A stretch of DNA of 64,000 bases, from positions 1,577,817-1,641,816 of the forward strand of contig MU006090.1 in the NCBI GenBank assembly GCA_010093705.1, read 5' to 3'. The notes beneath the pieces are model-generated. The model ran no database searches, was not told the DNA's origin, and saw nothing but the letters and a program-made list of their open reading frames with translations. The stretch is from Patellaria atrata CBS 101060 (taxonomy: Eukaryota). Below, piece after piece: positions 1-11,424 of this stretch. Positions within the stretch are counted from its first letter, which is position 1; each line of letters opens with the position of its first letter. A program made the translations under genes and the position numbers.

Positions 1-331
1 GCAAACTGAACGGATTGAAATATCTATAAGTATGCTTAGTCTTTTCACGAATTCGATCTGTTCGTGTGCAGCAAAGTACAGTGCATGCGCTGGACTCCCT
101 ATTCGTGACTTTGTCGAAAAAAGCAATTCCCATCTAGAACTAGAGCGTGCATTGACCATAATTATTATCGGCCCGGAATCTTATCTGCTTTTTCCCCAGG
201 TTTTCCCCGACCCAGAGCTCACGACCTCATCCGTTGAAATTCAAGACCCACAAATCGTCAATCTACAACCAAAGGTATACTCGACGTACTTCAATCCGTG
301 CCTAGTAAATCACCCCTATACTCTCTCCAGG

Positions 332-1498
332 ATGTCTTCGGAAAAACCATTGCCCTTTATATATCAATTTGCCGCAGGTAAGTACTGGTGGAGCTATGCT
401 TTCTCCGACGCAGACTAAGGTTTGTGCGTAGGTGCGGTCGCGGGTGTGTCTGAAGTAGGTGATCCTCCAATAAATAATAGGTAGACACAGTAGCTTAACT
501 GAAGCTTCCTCTGGCAGATTTTAGTTATGTAAGGTCGTTCCGTCAAATCTTTAGACCAAAGAAGCTGACGGTATTATGCAGGTACCCGTTAGACGTCGTC
601 AAGACCCGAGTGTAAGCTTTAGTGTCCGAATTGATGAATGCAACTGAGTCAGTGAAGGCAATTGCAGACTGGTAAAGGAGCTATTGGTGAGGAAAGCTAC
701 AATGGCATGGTGGACTGCTTTCGAAAGATCATTAAGCACGAAGGGTTCTCCCGGCTCTACAGAGGCATCAGTGCTCCTATCTTGATGGAAGCCCCTAAGA
801 GGTGAGCCCAGCTATATACTTTCGACCGCTAAGTAACTAATACACCTAGGGCAACAAAATTCGCTGCTAACGATGAGTGGGGAAAGTTTTACCGCAATGC
901 ATTCGGTATTCACAAGATGAATCAGTCATTGTCTATCCTTACCGGTGCCAGTGCTGGTGCTACAGAAGCATTTGTGGTAGTCCCCTTCGAGCTCGTAAAG
1001 ATTCGACTGCAAGACAAGGCGCAAGCACATAAATATAACGGAATGGCGGATTGTGTACGCAAAATTATTACCCATGAAGGACCCATGACTTTATACCAAG
1101 GGTTAGAAAGTACAATGTGGCGACATATCCTGTGGAACGCAGGATACTTCGGCTGTATCTTCCAAGTTCGCGAACTGTTGCCGAAAGCAGCGGACAAGAA
1201 GGCACAGATCGGAAATGATCTAGTTTCCGGTGCTATCGGAGGAACTGTCGGTACTATCCTCAATACCCCAATGGACGTTGTGAAATCTCGGATCCAGAAT
1301 TCACCAAAGATTCCCGGTGTCGTACCTAAGTACAACTGGGCATGGCCAGCACTGGGAACTGTCATGAGGGAAGAGGGCTTCAGCGCATTGTACAAGGGTT
1401 TCTTACCCAAGGTCCTCCGTTTGGGTCCAGGAGGTGGTATCTTGCTCGTGGTGTTCACCGGTGTAATGGATTTCTTCAGGACGATGCGGGGCGTCTAG
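332..1498 (+). CDS. ODC1: Mitochondrial 2-oxodicarboxylate carrier (SLC25 family), multi-exon
   Basis: ATG 332 (MSSEKPLPFIYQFAAG), then small exons (GAVAGVSE; an ~11-nt ILVM micro-exon; YPLDVVKTR) bounded by GT-AG. Three carrier signatures PLDVVKTR / PFELVKIR / PMDVVKSR. C-terminal YKGFLPKVLRLGPGGGILLVVF is typical of Odc1/2. Confidence 0.92.
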
Positions 1499-1846
1499 GG
1501 AAAATCTGCTTAGCATTTGTTAACATCTGTCAGCCGTTATAGACTGTATACCCTATGCGAATGATTCAGAACGGATTTCTGTCCTTAGTATTTATCATTG
1601 TACTATAGAATATAGAGAGCAAAATTTGGAGATATACACAATTTTACTTTATTGTTATAGGAATTATATGAACATTATCCAAGTCATGCCGCCTAGACTA
1701 TAATACTCACTTCTGAAATTATATTATCCTCTTAACTAGGGGATTCTAGATTAGTATCGTTCCAAAGTAAAATGATAATATAATAGTCAACTATAAATCC
1801 CGCTCGTGCTGTGATACTGGGCTCCCAGCTCCATTACTATGCTGAT

Positions 1847-2361
1847 TGTTACGGCCACAGGTAATGAGAAGCATGTAGTTGACAAGTGGGGGACACAACT
1901 ACGGAGAAAATCGGTGTCACGGAAGTCACGTGACGTGGACCCAGTGGACGCAGAAGGGTTCTACGTTCAACACGTCCAAAAGGCGACTTGGACGCAGTGG
2001 ACGCAAAAGGGGTTTTACGTCCAACGCGTCCAACGATCAAAGTAGGACGCTCCTTTACGCATGTATTTAGATTCCTCGTAGTTATTCTTACCATCAATCT
2101 TACCCATAGATTTGGATGTTACGGTTTTGAACTTGACTTCATTCGTCACGCTGTTTCCATATAGTACGTCTTGTCTCATTATGAGCATTACCCGGAAGTC
2201 AAGGAGCCAGCAAGTTGTGTCGACAACTTGAAGTGCCATTGTTATACGATTCCTATCACTTGCCAAACCTACCCGAGTGGTTGACCACGTTAGTGAGAAG
2301 CCAGGCGCGTTTCTAGACTTATCCTGTTCTGTCTCGATAAGTATAGACTCCCGTTGTAACA
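1847..2361. mobile_element. Solo LTR (copy A, 515 bp), probably Ty3/Gypsy-type retrotransposon
   Basis: Starts TGTTAC and ends GTAACA (TG...CA, 6-bp terminal inverted repeat). Flanked by a perfect 5-bp TSD CTGAT (1842-1846, 2362-2366). About 300 bp is shared in reverse complement with 12301-12925. Superfamily is inferred, not shown. Confidence 0.9.
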
Positions 2362-2834
2362 CTGATATTCAAGCGATTGTAGTCTCAATAGGGTGCTATG
2401 TTTACGGCTACTAGTACCCCGCCAACTTTTGGGGCTTTCCGCTGCGTTACCGCCCTAACTCTAGGCGCGATTAGGCGTAAGGTAGGCAACTATCGGGCGA
2501 CTAACGGGCGACTACCTAGCGTTTACCCAGCAATGATCTAAGAACCCTTAACTTTGATAAGTTAACACTCTTATATTAATATATTAGGCTTATTTATTAT
2601 TAGGTTGGATATAAATTCTTTTTAATTTAAAAAAAGGTTAATAAAGAGAACTATTAACTAGTGGTTAGCGCCAATAATTAGTGATCATGTGATTATATAT
2701 AATCCTTAAAACTTAAATCAACCTCCTGTAAACACATTGTAAATATAACTCTACACCAACAACAATAACAGTTACGAGAAAGATAAGGAAGACCCAAAAT
2801 ACGAGAAGTAGCTTATCTCATCTAGTCTAAAAAG

Positions 2835-4898
2835 ATGGTAATGGTTATAATACCTCTTAGCCGGAATGGGTCGCCAGTGGCCCCACAAATCAAAACTCAA
2901 GCGGTAAGATATTAGCCCTTCAAAGTAGTCCTTATTACTCGAGTCTTAGCTAAGAAAATATATTATCAATTTTAGATTAGTAAGATTGTTTGCCATAGAC
3001 GTAATAAGGACGATGTAAGTGATATTTAACTAAGAATTAACGTATCTTAATATCTTGATACTACATTATATGCTACGCTAACATGTTCGCTTAATAGATA
3101 GAGGAGTTTTTAATCAAATGGAGTGGTTTCGATAAAGATATATATATCCCCTTCTCATGGCATACGATTGATGAACTGTCAACGTGTCTAGCGTTGGTAC
3201 AGGACTACCTTAATAAACGTCCACGGTAGGTTGATATCCCCACCCTTAACGCTTGATATTGGGCTATAACATCAATATAACACCCCTCACTACATAACTG
3301 ATTATATTATCGATCCCTAGCCCTTTAAAGAAACGCAAAGCGAGTGAATTCGATGGATCAACCCACCTCAACGCTTTCCAGCGTAGCGTTAAACTGAAGA
3401 GCCGATCACCCTCCGTGCTTAGCTCAACATCAGAATCATTCACGTCCAAATTTAATATCGAACACAAGCACGTCAAAATCTATAATGGGGTCCTCAAGCA
3501 AAATAATGGGTTTCTCGAGGTTGAAAGGGTCAGTTAAGATCCAATCATGTTTTTACCCTAAGACCTGCTTACTAATCCGATATAGAGCACGAATCCGAAT
3601 GTAGCACAACTAGAGGCCCGACGAATCCCGACCGAATCCATGATCAATGAGGCTCGTCAGACGTTGACCGTGAGAGCAGCTAACAAGATCCGCGTCGAGA
3701 TCCAGAAACAGCTCGCGCGGATCTCCGGACCACCCGTTCGACTTGCCAACACCATAGACGAATCCTCGCCTCCGCTGAGGTTCGAATGGATCGACGAAAA
3801 CATCTTGGGTGAGGGGGTGCAGAAAGCGGATGCAGACACGATGCTCGGGTGCCAGAGCTGTCGGCCTGACATGGGGCAGAACATCGGGTGCGAATACACG
3901 AAGAAGTGCGACTGTTTGGAATTCGCGGCCGTCAACCAACGCCGGCTCACGGAGGCGCAGAGGTACAAATTGGACCACGGAGACGGCGACAGCAGGGATA
4001 TGCCGAAGCGGTTCCCGTACCACAATTCCGGAGCCTCTGCTGGCTGTCTCGTCAGCTTCTACCTCGAATCGCGGGCGCCGATCTATGAGTGCAACGCTAA
4101 GTGTAGGTGTGGCATGGGATGCAAGAATAGGAACGTGCAGTTCGGGCGGCAGGTTGAGTTGGAGATTTTTAAGACCGCGGACCGTGGGTGGGGTATGTTT
4201 TTGCTCTTTTTCGTTCTCTCTATTTCTTCAAGCACACTCCTCACCTGTCCCTTACCCCTGAGTACCCCTGAGTACACTCGAAAGTCCCCAGACGCCCTAT
4301 TGTACAACCCCATCACATCGAATCCACCTCTATCCTATACCAAACCATCACTAACCTTCTCCTAGGCCTCCGCACCAAATCCCCCCTCAAACGCGGCCAA
4401 TTCATCGACACCTACCGCGGCGAAATCATAACCGACGCCGAAGCCACCCGTCGCGAAACCACCATCCCCACCAGCACGCCCTCCAAAGCCGCCCTCGCGC
4501 ACAAAGACTCCTACCTCTACACGCTCGACAAATTCACCTCCCCCCTCCTCCCCCTGAGCGCGTGCTACATAATCGACGGCTCGCACACGGGTGGCCCCAC
4601 GCGCTTCATAAACCACAGCTGCGCGCCCAACTGTCGCCAATATACCGTCTCTTATAATAAGTACGATCAGCGGGTTTATGAGATTGCGTTTTTTGCATAT
4701 AGGGATATCGAGGCGGGCGAGGAGCTGACGTTTGATTATTTGGATAAGGATGAGGTGGAGGAAGGGGAGGAGGATGGGGAGAGGGAGAAGGATCAGGGGA
4801 AGGGGAAGGAGGGGAGGGAAAAAGAAAGGGAGAGGGAAGAGGGCATGTCGGAGTGTAGGTGTGGGGCCAGTAGGTGTCGGAAGTGGTTGTGGATGTGA
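2835..4898 (+). CDS. clr4: Histone H3K9 methyltransferase (Clr4/DIM-5/KMT1) with N-terminal chromodomain, pre-SET, SET and post-SET
   Basis: Predicted in-frame exons 2835-2903, 2976-3014, 3098-3225, 3321-3528, 3586-4192, 4366-4898. Pre-SET GCQSC...CDC...IYECNAKCRCGMGCKNR. SET motifs RGWGL, RFINHSC, ELTFDY. Post-SET CRCGASRCRKWLW. IAFFA has Phe at the Phe/Tyr switch position, as in trimethylases. SET part certain; 5' exons are predicted. Confidence 0.9.
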
Positions 4899-5407
4899 GG
4901 GGCGTTTAGGTTGGGGGGTTGGGTGCTATGTGTGCAGTGAGCAGGGGGTGCGTAATCTGGGGGTTTCAAGCATCTGGTTGTGATTGCATGTTCTGGGGAT
5001 CTTGGTGGTTGGTTATGCACAAATTTCCTTTCGGTTTCATGCTGCCGGCAATCTCTTGGTGGTTGCTCTTCTTCTCCCCTATTTGGAGTCGGAGGGATTT
5101 CATAGTGGTTCTAGGAACGGATCAAGGTCCGTTCACGGTCTCGATTCTAGGGGTCAAAAATGTATTTCCTTCTCTCCTACCGAAAACACTTAATGCGTGA
5201 AGACTCTGAAGCTCATGATGTAACAAAACATCGCATACGGAGCTCAGGTAACATCGAAACGCAAACCCCGCTGTACTCTCAATCCAAATCTCATGGGTAT
5301 TGTCCCGCCCATATGTACCTACAACACCCAAAAACACCATCTCACCCCCTCCACATGATCCCAAATCAAAAAGTATATCCACGCTTCATCCCACGACCTA
5401 AAGACAC

Positions 5408-7895
5408 CTAAAACAAATTCCCCATGATCCTCGCCAACTCATCATCCTGCCCTAGCACACCCGCACCAATCTCCCCGTTCTCCCCCACCCCACTCGGGCC
5501 AACCTGATACTGATTGCCCAAGAGACCAGAAAACGCGCCTACAGCCTCAAACATGCTGGTCAACTCGTTAGCCATGCCATTCGGGCTCGCCTGATACTGA
5601 CCCGGCACAGGCGTCCCACCACCGGCGCCATTGCCGAATATAGCGGCCTCGTCGACCTGGTGGCCCGCGAGACCCGCCATTGCGACCGCAGCCGAGGAAT
5701 GGGGGTCCGAGGGATCGTGATGGATCGACTGTTGTTGCTGTCCAGGCTGGTTGCGGTAGTTCAGACCGAGCTTCTGGGCCGCTTCTTTGAGAACCTTGAC
5801 TGTTTTCCAGAGTTTGTTGCTGACGAAGGAGGAGCTGGATAGGCCCCGAACGAGGTCAAGCGCCATGTAGAACTCGTTCTTACAGTCGTCGCTGAATTGG
5901 GCGGGCGCGTGGGAGACGGCGAGGAAGAGAACTGCGATGGCGGAGAGGATGAAGTAGTTGAAGAGGACTTGTTGTGTGCGATAGAGGTCCGTCGTTGTGT
6001 TTGTGTGGGTGAGCACGCGGATAGTGTCTTTGGCGACGTCGACGACCGTTTGCGCTTGCGCCATGTTTTCCATGATACTAGTTGCCGTGTGGAGGACGGG
6101 GCGGTAGATCAGGATGCGCATCTGGTTGGCCCGAAGGTAGAGAACGATGCGGAGGCGGTGGATTCCTCGTGGTGCAGGATCTGGTTCTTGACCTGTATTC
6201 GGATGGGTGTAGCGGAGTGAGTCGGGGATTGTGCGATGCCATTGTATGACCTGATAATCAAGATACCCTATTTCTTCTTTGCTCACTTGTTGACCGGGTG
6301 CGTTTTCAACGTTTGCGATCGCTTTCCAGACCTTTGAGCCGATGTTGCTATATGTTACCATTGCGGATAGATATGGCACAACCGTCTCATCCTAAAGAAA
6401 GTCAGTGGTGAAACTAATACAAGCATAACTCTTAAGATATTCATTCGTCAGAAAATACTTACTGGTCGAGGTAGTAATGGATCAATATCAGCATCTTGAA
6501 GGGCGAAAGGCATGCCTGTGCCGAAACTCCACCGTCTATCTAATACATAGATGGACCAGAATAGATTGATAGCAGAGGTCCGTTCGGCTTCGTCTGTGAA
6601 TCCAGTATTATACGTTTCACGTCGGTGAAGGCCCAGCTCCATACACAATCGAGCGGCTATTCCGACAACTCTCCAAGCACGAGTCTCGTCGTCCCGGTGA
6701 AAATGATACATTGCCTGGACTTTCTTTAGTATGTAAATGGGGGCTGAACTAGAGTAACTAACACTTAGACTAAGCATTCGAATACCCTTATCATCAACTG
6801 GTGCCAAAAGCTGTCTCTCAACAGCAATGTGTGCGTTTTCGAACAACCTTCTACCAAGTTCGCTTTTACCACGACCTTCAAGAATGAGGGCAATTGATAT
6901 GATTAGTTTCATTATGCTTGTCTGTGCATCATTGATACCATCAGATCCAGGTAGCGACCCCTGCATCAGACCAGAACGGTTTGCGGCGTCCATGAAGGTG
7001 TACAGCAAGGTTGCATGACGGATCATTTTCTCAATATCTACCACGTTATACATGATCCCCATCTCTTCTTGCCATACTCTCAAGAGTCGTAAAGCCTCGT
7101 CCCTTGGAATTGACCATATAGGATCCTTTGTAGGATGAAGCTGTCTGAAAGCATTGGAAGAAGGAGGTGGGCTTGGTGCGGGAGACTGGTCGATACCGAT
7201 TGCGTCGTCAACAGAATCTATCTCACCACTCGTTATTCCCATTGTTTGCAAGCTAGATTTTGCGACTCCAAGGTTAAAAACGGAACTTGTGGGCCCTTGA
7301 TATTTAGGATGCTTCGCAGATTGGCTAGACCTATGCTGCGTGGGCGAGTTTGGAGTTCCAGACATTTGCGAATTGGACACAGAGCGTGAGAACGAAGGAA
7401 GTTGATTGTATAGGCCAGGATCCACCGGAGTGATACGCGATTCGACTTGAGTCCTGAGCTGATTGAGATTACTGAAGAGGGAGTCGACCTGCGCCTGAAG
7501 ATGTGCGATATGTTCACTCATGGCCTTGTATTCCCTGCGATGCGTGAGTTTATAAGCACGAAATTGGCGCATTAACGCATTAATTACTTACTCCGAGTCC
7601 TTGAACGAGTTGCAGCAATTCGGCGCATATACACACTCGAGGGAGAGATTTCCACATCTTTGACACGGAGTCTGTCCATTGCACTTGATTTTGCGCCTCT
7701 TGCACTCATTGCTGTACGCGACAATGTTAGCATCGCGTCTTGACGCATAGATATATCGTGCTCGAGTATATCGGCGTACCATGCGATTGAAATATATCGA
7801 TTCCTCTTCGCTCTCTGTTGGGGCTGACCGTCTTCGTTTTTGCGCTTGGTACCGGCTGGGTCGTTGATAGGACTTTGAGAGTTCAAAGTTTCCAT
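5408..7895 (-). CDS. Zn(II)2Cys6 transcription factor with fungal-specific TF middle homology region
   Basis: Spliced ISIACNECKRRKIKCNGQTPCQRCGNLSLECVY binuclear cluster. Middle region AWRVVGIAARLCMELGLHRR...FWSIYVLDRRWSFGTGMP. ORFs 6448-7572 and 5408-6379 joined by GT-AG introns. Confidence 0.93.
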
Positions 7896-8073
7896 TCTCG
7901 CGAAACGGGCGCAGGCACCGTGACGCGGCGATTGAAGAGCGGAATTGTCGAAGTGGACCAAAGTGAATGACAGCGTATAGACGAGAAGTGATCGATGGTG
8001 GGTGTGCGGTTCCCTTCCGCTGAGCTTACACTAGAACTACGGGGTACGGTACGGCAAGACGTGTTAAGCCGAA

Positions 8074-8091
8074 CCCTAACCCTAACCCTAA
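8074..8091 (+). repeat. Interstitial telomere-like repeat (CCCTAA)3
   Basis: Three perfect CCCTAA units about 180 bp upstream of the TF start codon. Confidence 0.75.
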
Positions 8092-8664
8092 GAACCAGAG
8101 CACTTGATCTGCTGTAGATTAGAGATCTTGTACCACTACTGCACAAGATGTACTATATGCTCTTCCTTATAAGTATCTATCATTGTACAATACAAGCATG
8201 AAGATTAGAGCTTCATTCCCTGGCCAAGGGGTCGTTGTCAGTATTTTCAGTCTCTGCAACTTCCGCCCAGACATAACACCATACTATCAAACGGGACTCC
8301 TCTCCAACTTTTCAACTGATATCCACAACTAAGCCAGAAAAATTTTTAACTATCAGAAGACTGTTTCGAATCATGGTAACGAAGTTCGGTAACGATTATT
8401 AGTAACCATCTTAATACTAAGAAAATCCTATCAGAATTACTGTCAAGTAGCGCCTCTAGCTTTGTCTAGCTTCAGCAATCATGACCAAACCGAGTAGTCA
8501 TGGGAGATGAATTCGCTCTATATCCCGGTAGTCGGTCGATTTTTCCCCCATCATTATCTACAAGAAGTTCCATATTACATTCGACAGACATACTATGTCA
8601 GCAACGCCCTAAATTGGTCATCTTACGTGATCTCAGATAATGCACTTTATAGAACCTCAGGTCC

Positions 8665-10629
8665 TCACATCACAGCTGCCTCGAGCACTCGTCTTCCTCT
8701 CTGAATCACCGAACTCGCAAAGCGCACACACAATCGTTTGATATCAAAGATCCCGAGTCCTTGTTGTCGGGCATTGTATACCGCCAACAGCGCAAGGGTG
8801 AACGCAAGAATTTCAGCGCTCTTTCGCAGCTTTTGCTTTCTGATACCCTTCTTGGTATATTTGATGTCCCAATCATTCCACGTAGGGAACATATTCTTCC
8901 AGATCCACATATAAGAGCTATACCTATACAAGAGATCAGTCCTACGTCGTTTCCGGCTCTGTTGATTGTTCTACTTACGGATAGACAGTTCCGTTCCACC
9001 CATTAGTCGAATACCAATTATTACATCCGCCCCTCATCATTACCATATCCTTAACTTTCGTCTGAATATCCTTCGTATATGCTACTTCTGCTTCCTTCCT
9101 AACCTCTACCGTTTCCACATCGCCTTTCAAGATTGGCTCGATGAACTGGAGCGCGTGTTGGACTCCGCTTTCAACGTAGAGGACGACAGAGGTGTGTCCA
9201 GTGGCCGTATTGGGTCCAAACAGCATGAAGAAATTCGGGAATCCGTCCATTGCGGTTCCTAGATATGCTTGAGCTCCTCCGCGCTCCTCCATCGTTTCGA
9301 GAATGTCTTTTCCACCTCTACCGATTATCTTCAAGGGATGTGCCCACTTGCTAGTTCCAAATCCGTTTGCTAGCACGATGATGTCTGCGGGGAATTGCTT
9401 CTGTCCCGCGGACTTTTCAGAATTTTTACCCGGACCGAGAGTGACGCTGTGCTCCTGAACGCTCTCGAGACGTCGAGTTGTGAGCTCGATCTTAGGATCA
9501 TTGAGATTAGGGAACCACTCCGCGTCGAAGATCCGCCTCTTGCAGCCGATTGCATAATCTGGAATCAACATCTCATGGTACTTTTCAGGAACCGTTCTCT
9601 TTAGGTAGCGAATAAGCTTGCCTTCGATTTTGGCTCTAGCTTTTTCATGAGACTCTCCCTTTCCCATCAGATCGAATGCAGCTTCGACTCCGAGATATAC
9701 CAGAAACCTAGTTACCAACATAAGACCGGGTATCGTCTTGAAAAGCGTGTTGCTCCACTTCTCCCAAGCATCGTTTCCACCAAGTCCTGGACTCCTGGGG
9801 ACCACCCATGGCGGAGAACGCATAAGCTGAGTTACTGATTTAGCGTTATACGGCGCTTTTATCAACCTAGGGACAAGCTGAGCAGCACTGCAGCCTGTAC
9901 CAATGACCACTACGTCCTTGTCCTGGAAATCCACGCTGCGGTCCCATCTTGCCGAGTGAAAGATTTCTCCCTTGAAGTTCTCGCGTCCAGGGACATTCTC
10001 AGGCCACGCATTCGGCTCCACAAGCCCTCCAACACCACTGATAACGACCTTAGCTCTTACTTTTTCCGTAAACGAGTAAACCCTGTGGTCCCCTTCCTTT
10101 TCAACCAGATCCTGTCGCTCTTTTGTTGTAAGATCTCCAGCACCCTCAACGAGATGCTTGAGCGTGACTTCCCACTCCTTTTCTTCTTCTAACCACCGAC
10201 ACTCCGTCACATCTGTGTTCAACTGTATCTTATCGACAATATTATATTTTTCGCACACGTCTTGCAGGTATCTGACATATTCGCCACCAGGGGGTTGGAA
10301 GCAGGACCAGTTCTTGTTAGGGCAGAACGAAAAGGAGTAGAGAATCGCGGGTCTAAAAGCATATTAGCATTAATCTTCGAAGAGCTCCATTTAGATCAAA
10401 AAGCAGCGTACATATCGCAAGCAACGCCCGGGTACCGATTGATCCACCACGTGCCCCCAATCCCTGATTGCCTATCGAAAATCCTGAACTGATCGAATCC
10501 GAGCTTTTCTTTCAACCTGCAGCCCATAGCGATGCCCGAGGCTCCAGCCCCAACGATGAGGATAGGATAATACGTGTAGCCATTGGGATCGTATGCGTTT
10601 ACCCGTTTGATGGTCTCGCAATGCGGCAT
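8665..10629 (-). CDS. Baeyer-Villiger / flavin-binding monooxygenase
   Basis: Rossmann motifs IVGAGASG and VIGTGCSA; GGTWWINRYPGVACD; BVMO fingerprint FKGEIFHSARWD; ANGF; FPNFFMLFGPN. Introns near 10352-10411 and 8926-8975. Confidence 0.93.
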
Positions 10630-11424
10630 GGTGATCGCTCTGCAGCTATCCGATATCTGGACGATAGTGGAAATGGGAGATGACGAAGCTGGTATGGATT
10701 CAAATATTCTGCAAGTGCAGCGAAAGGAATGTAGGTAGAGACAGATACCGTATGCGAATCTCAAGCACGGATTCGCGAAACGTGAACACCCCGCGCAGAC
10801 ACACGAGAAATTCAACAGAAAACTTCACAACTGAAGGACAGGAAGCAGCTCCGAAACAGTCAAAGTAACGAAGTAGCAAACGGGAACACAACGCATGATC
10901 AAAATTCAGCACAGGACGGAGCTCAATACCTCATCCCTCGGCACCCCGAGAGGACAAGAAAACGTATCCAATCGATGTTCCAAATCAGGCCCAGCACCCG
11001 AGGCAGCCGCTTTCTATCGAATTAAAATCATAAAGCGCCACATCCCCACATTATGCCGTCCTAGATGGAGATCCCGAGGTCCTTTTAATCCCTGCCGACG
11101 AGCCACTCACGTGCGGCGAGGAACCTAAGCCACCGCTATCCATAAGGTACCGTAAGGTAACTGCAGCATCTTGTCGCCCCGAACAGCACATAAGGTAGCG
11201 CTCCTTTCATGTTATTCATCATCTGATCTCTCTTTGGCTACGGACGTAATTAAACATTCTTTATCGTATCGAATACCCGATGAAGCAAAACATGCAGCTA
11301 CGGGCTGCAACAGGAATGACAGGATTCCGTAAGCCGCGTGCAAAAAAAAAACAAGCTTTCTTCCCAAAGCGGGTGGTTGACAGGTGGCGCTAGTACGTTC
11401 GCGTCCAACAAACGCACACTTCCA

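Noticed and set aside
2015..2362. Similar ORFs 2015-2362(-) and 12451-12828(+) as duplicated genes
   Set aside because: Both lie inside solo LTRs; indels break the frame between copies; no protein motifs.
3227..3229. Apparent RIP-type TAG stop after the chromodomain, suggesting a clr4 pseudogene
   Set aside because: It lies in the GTAGGT donor of intron 3226-3320; splicing restores the frame.
8074..8091. Chromosome end or healed telomere
   Set aside because: Only three units, embedded between ordinary genes.
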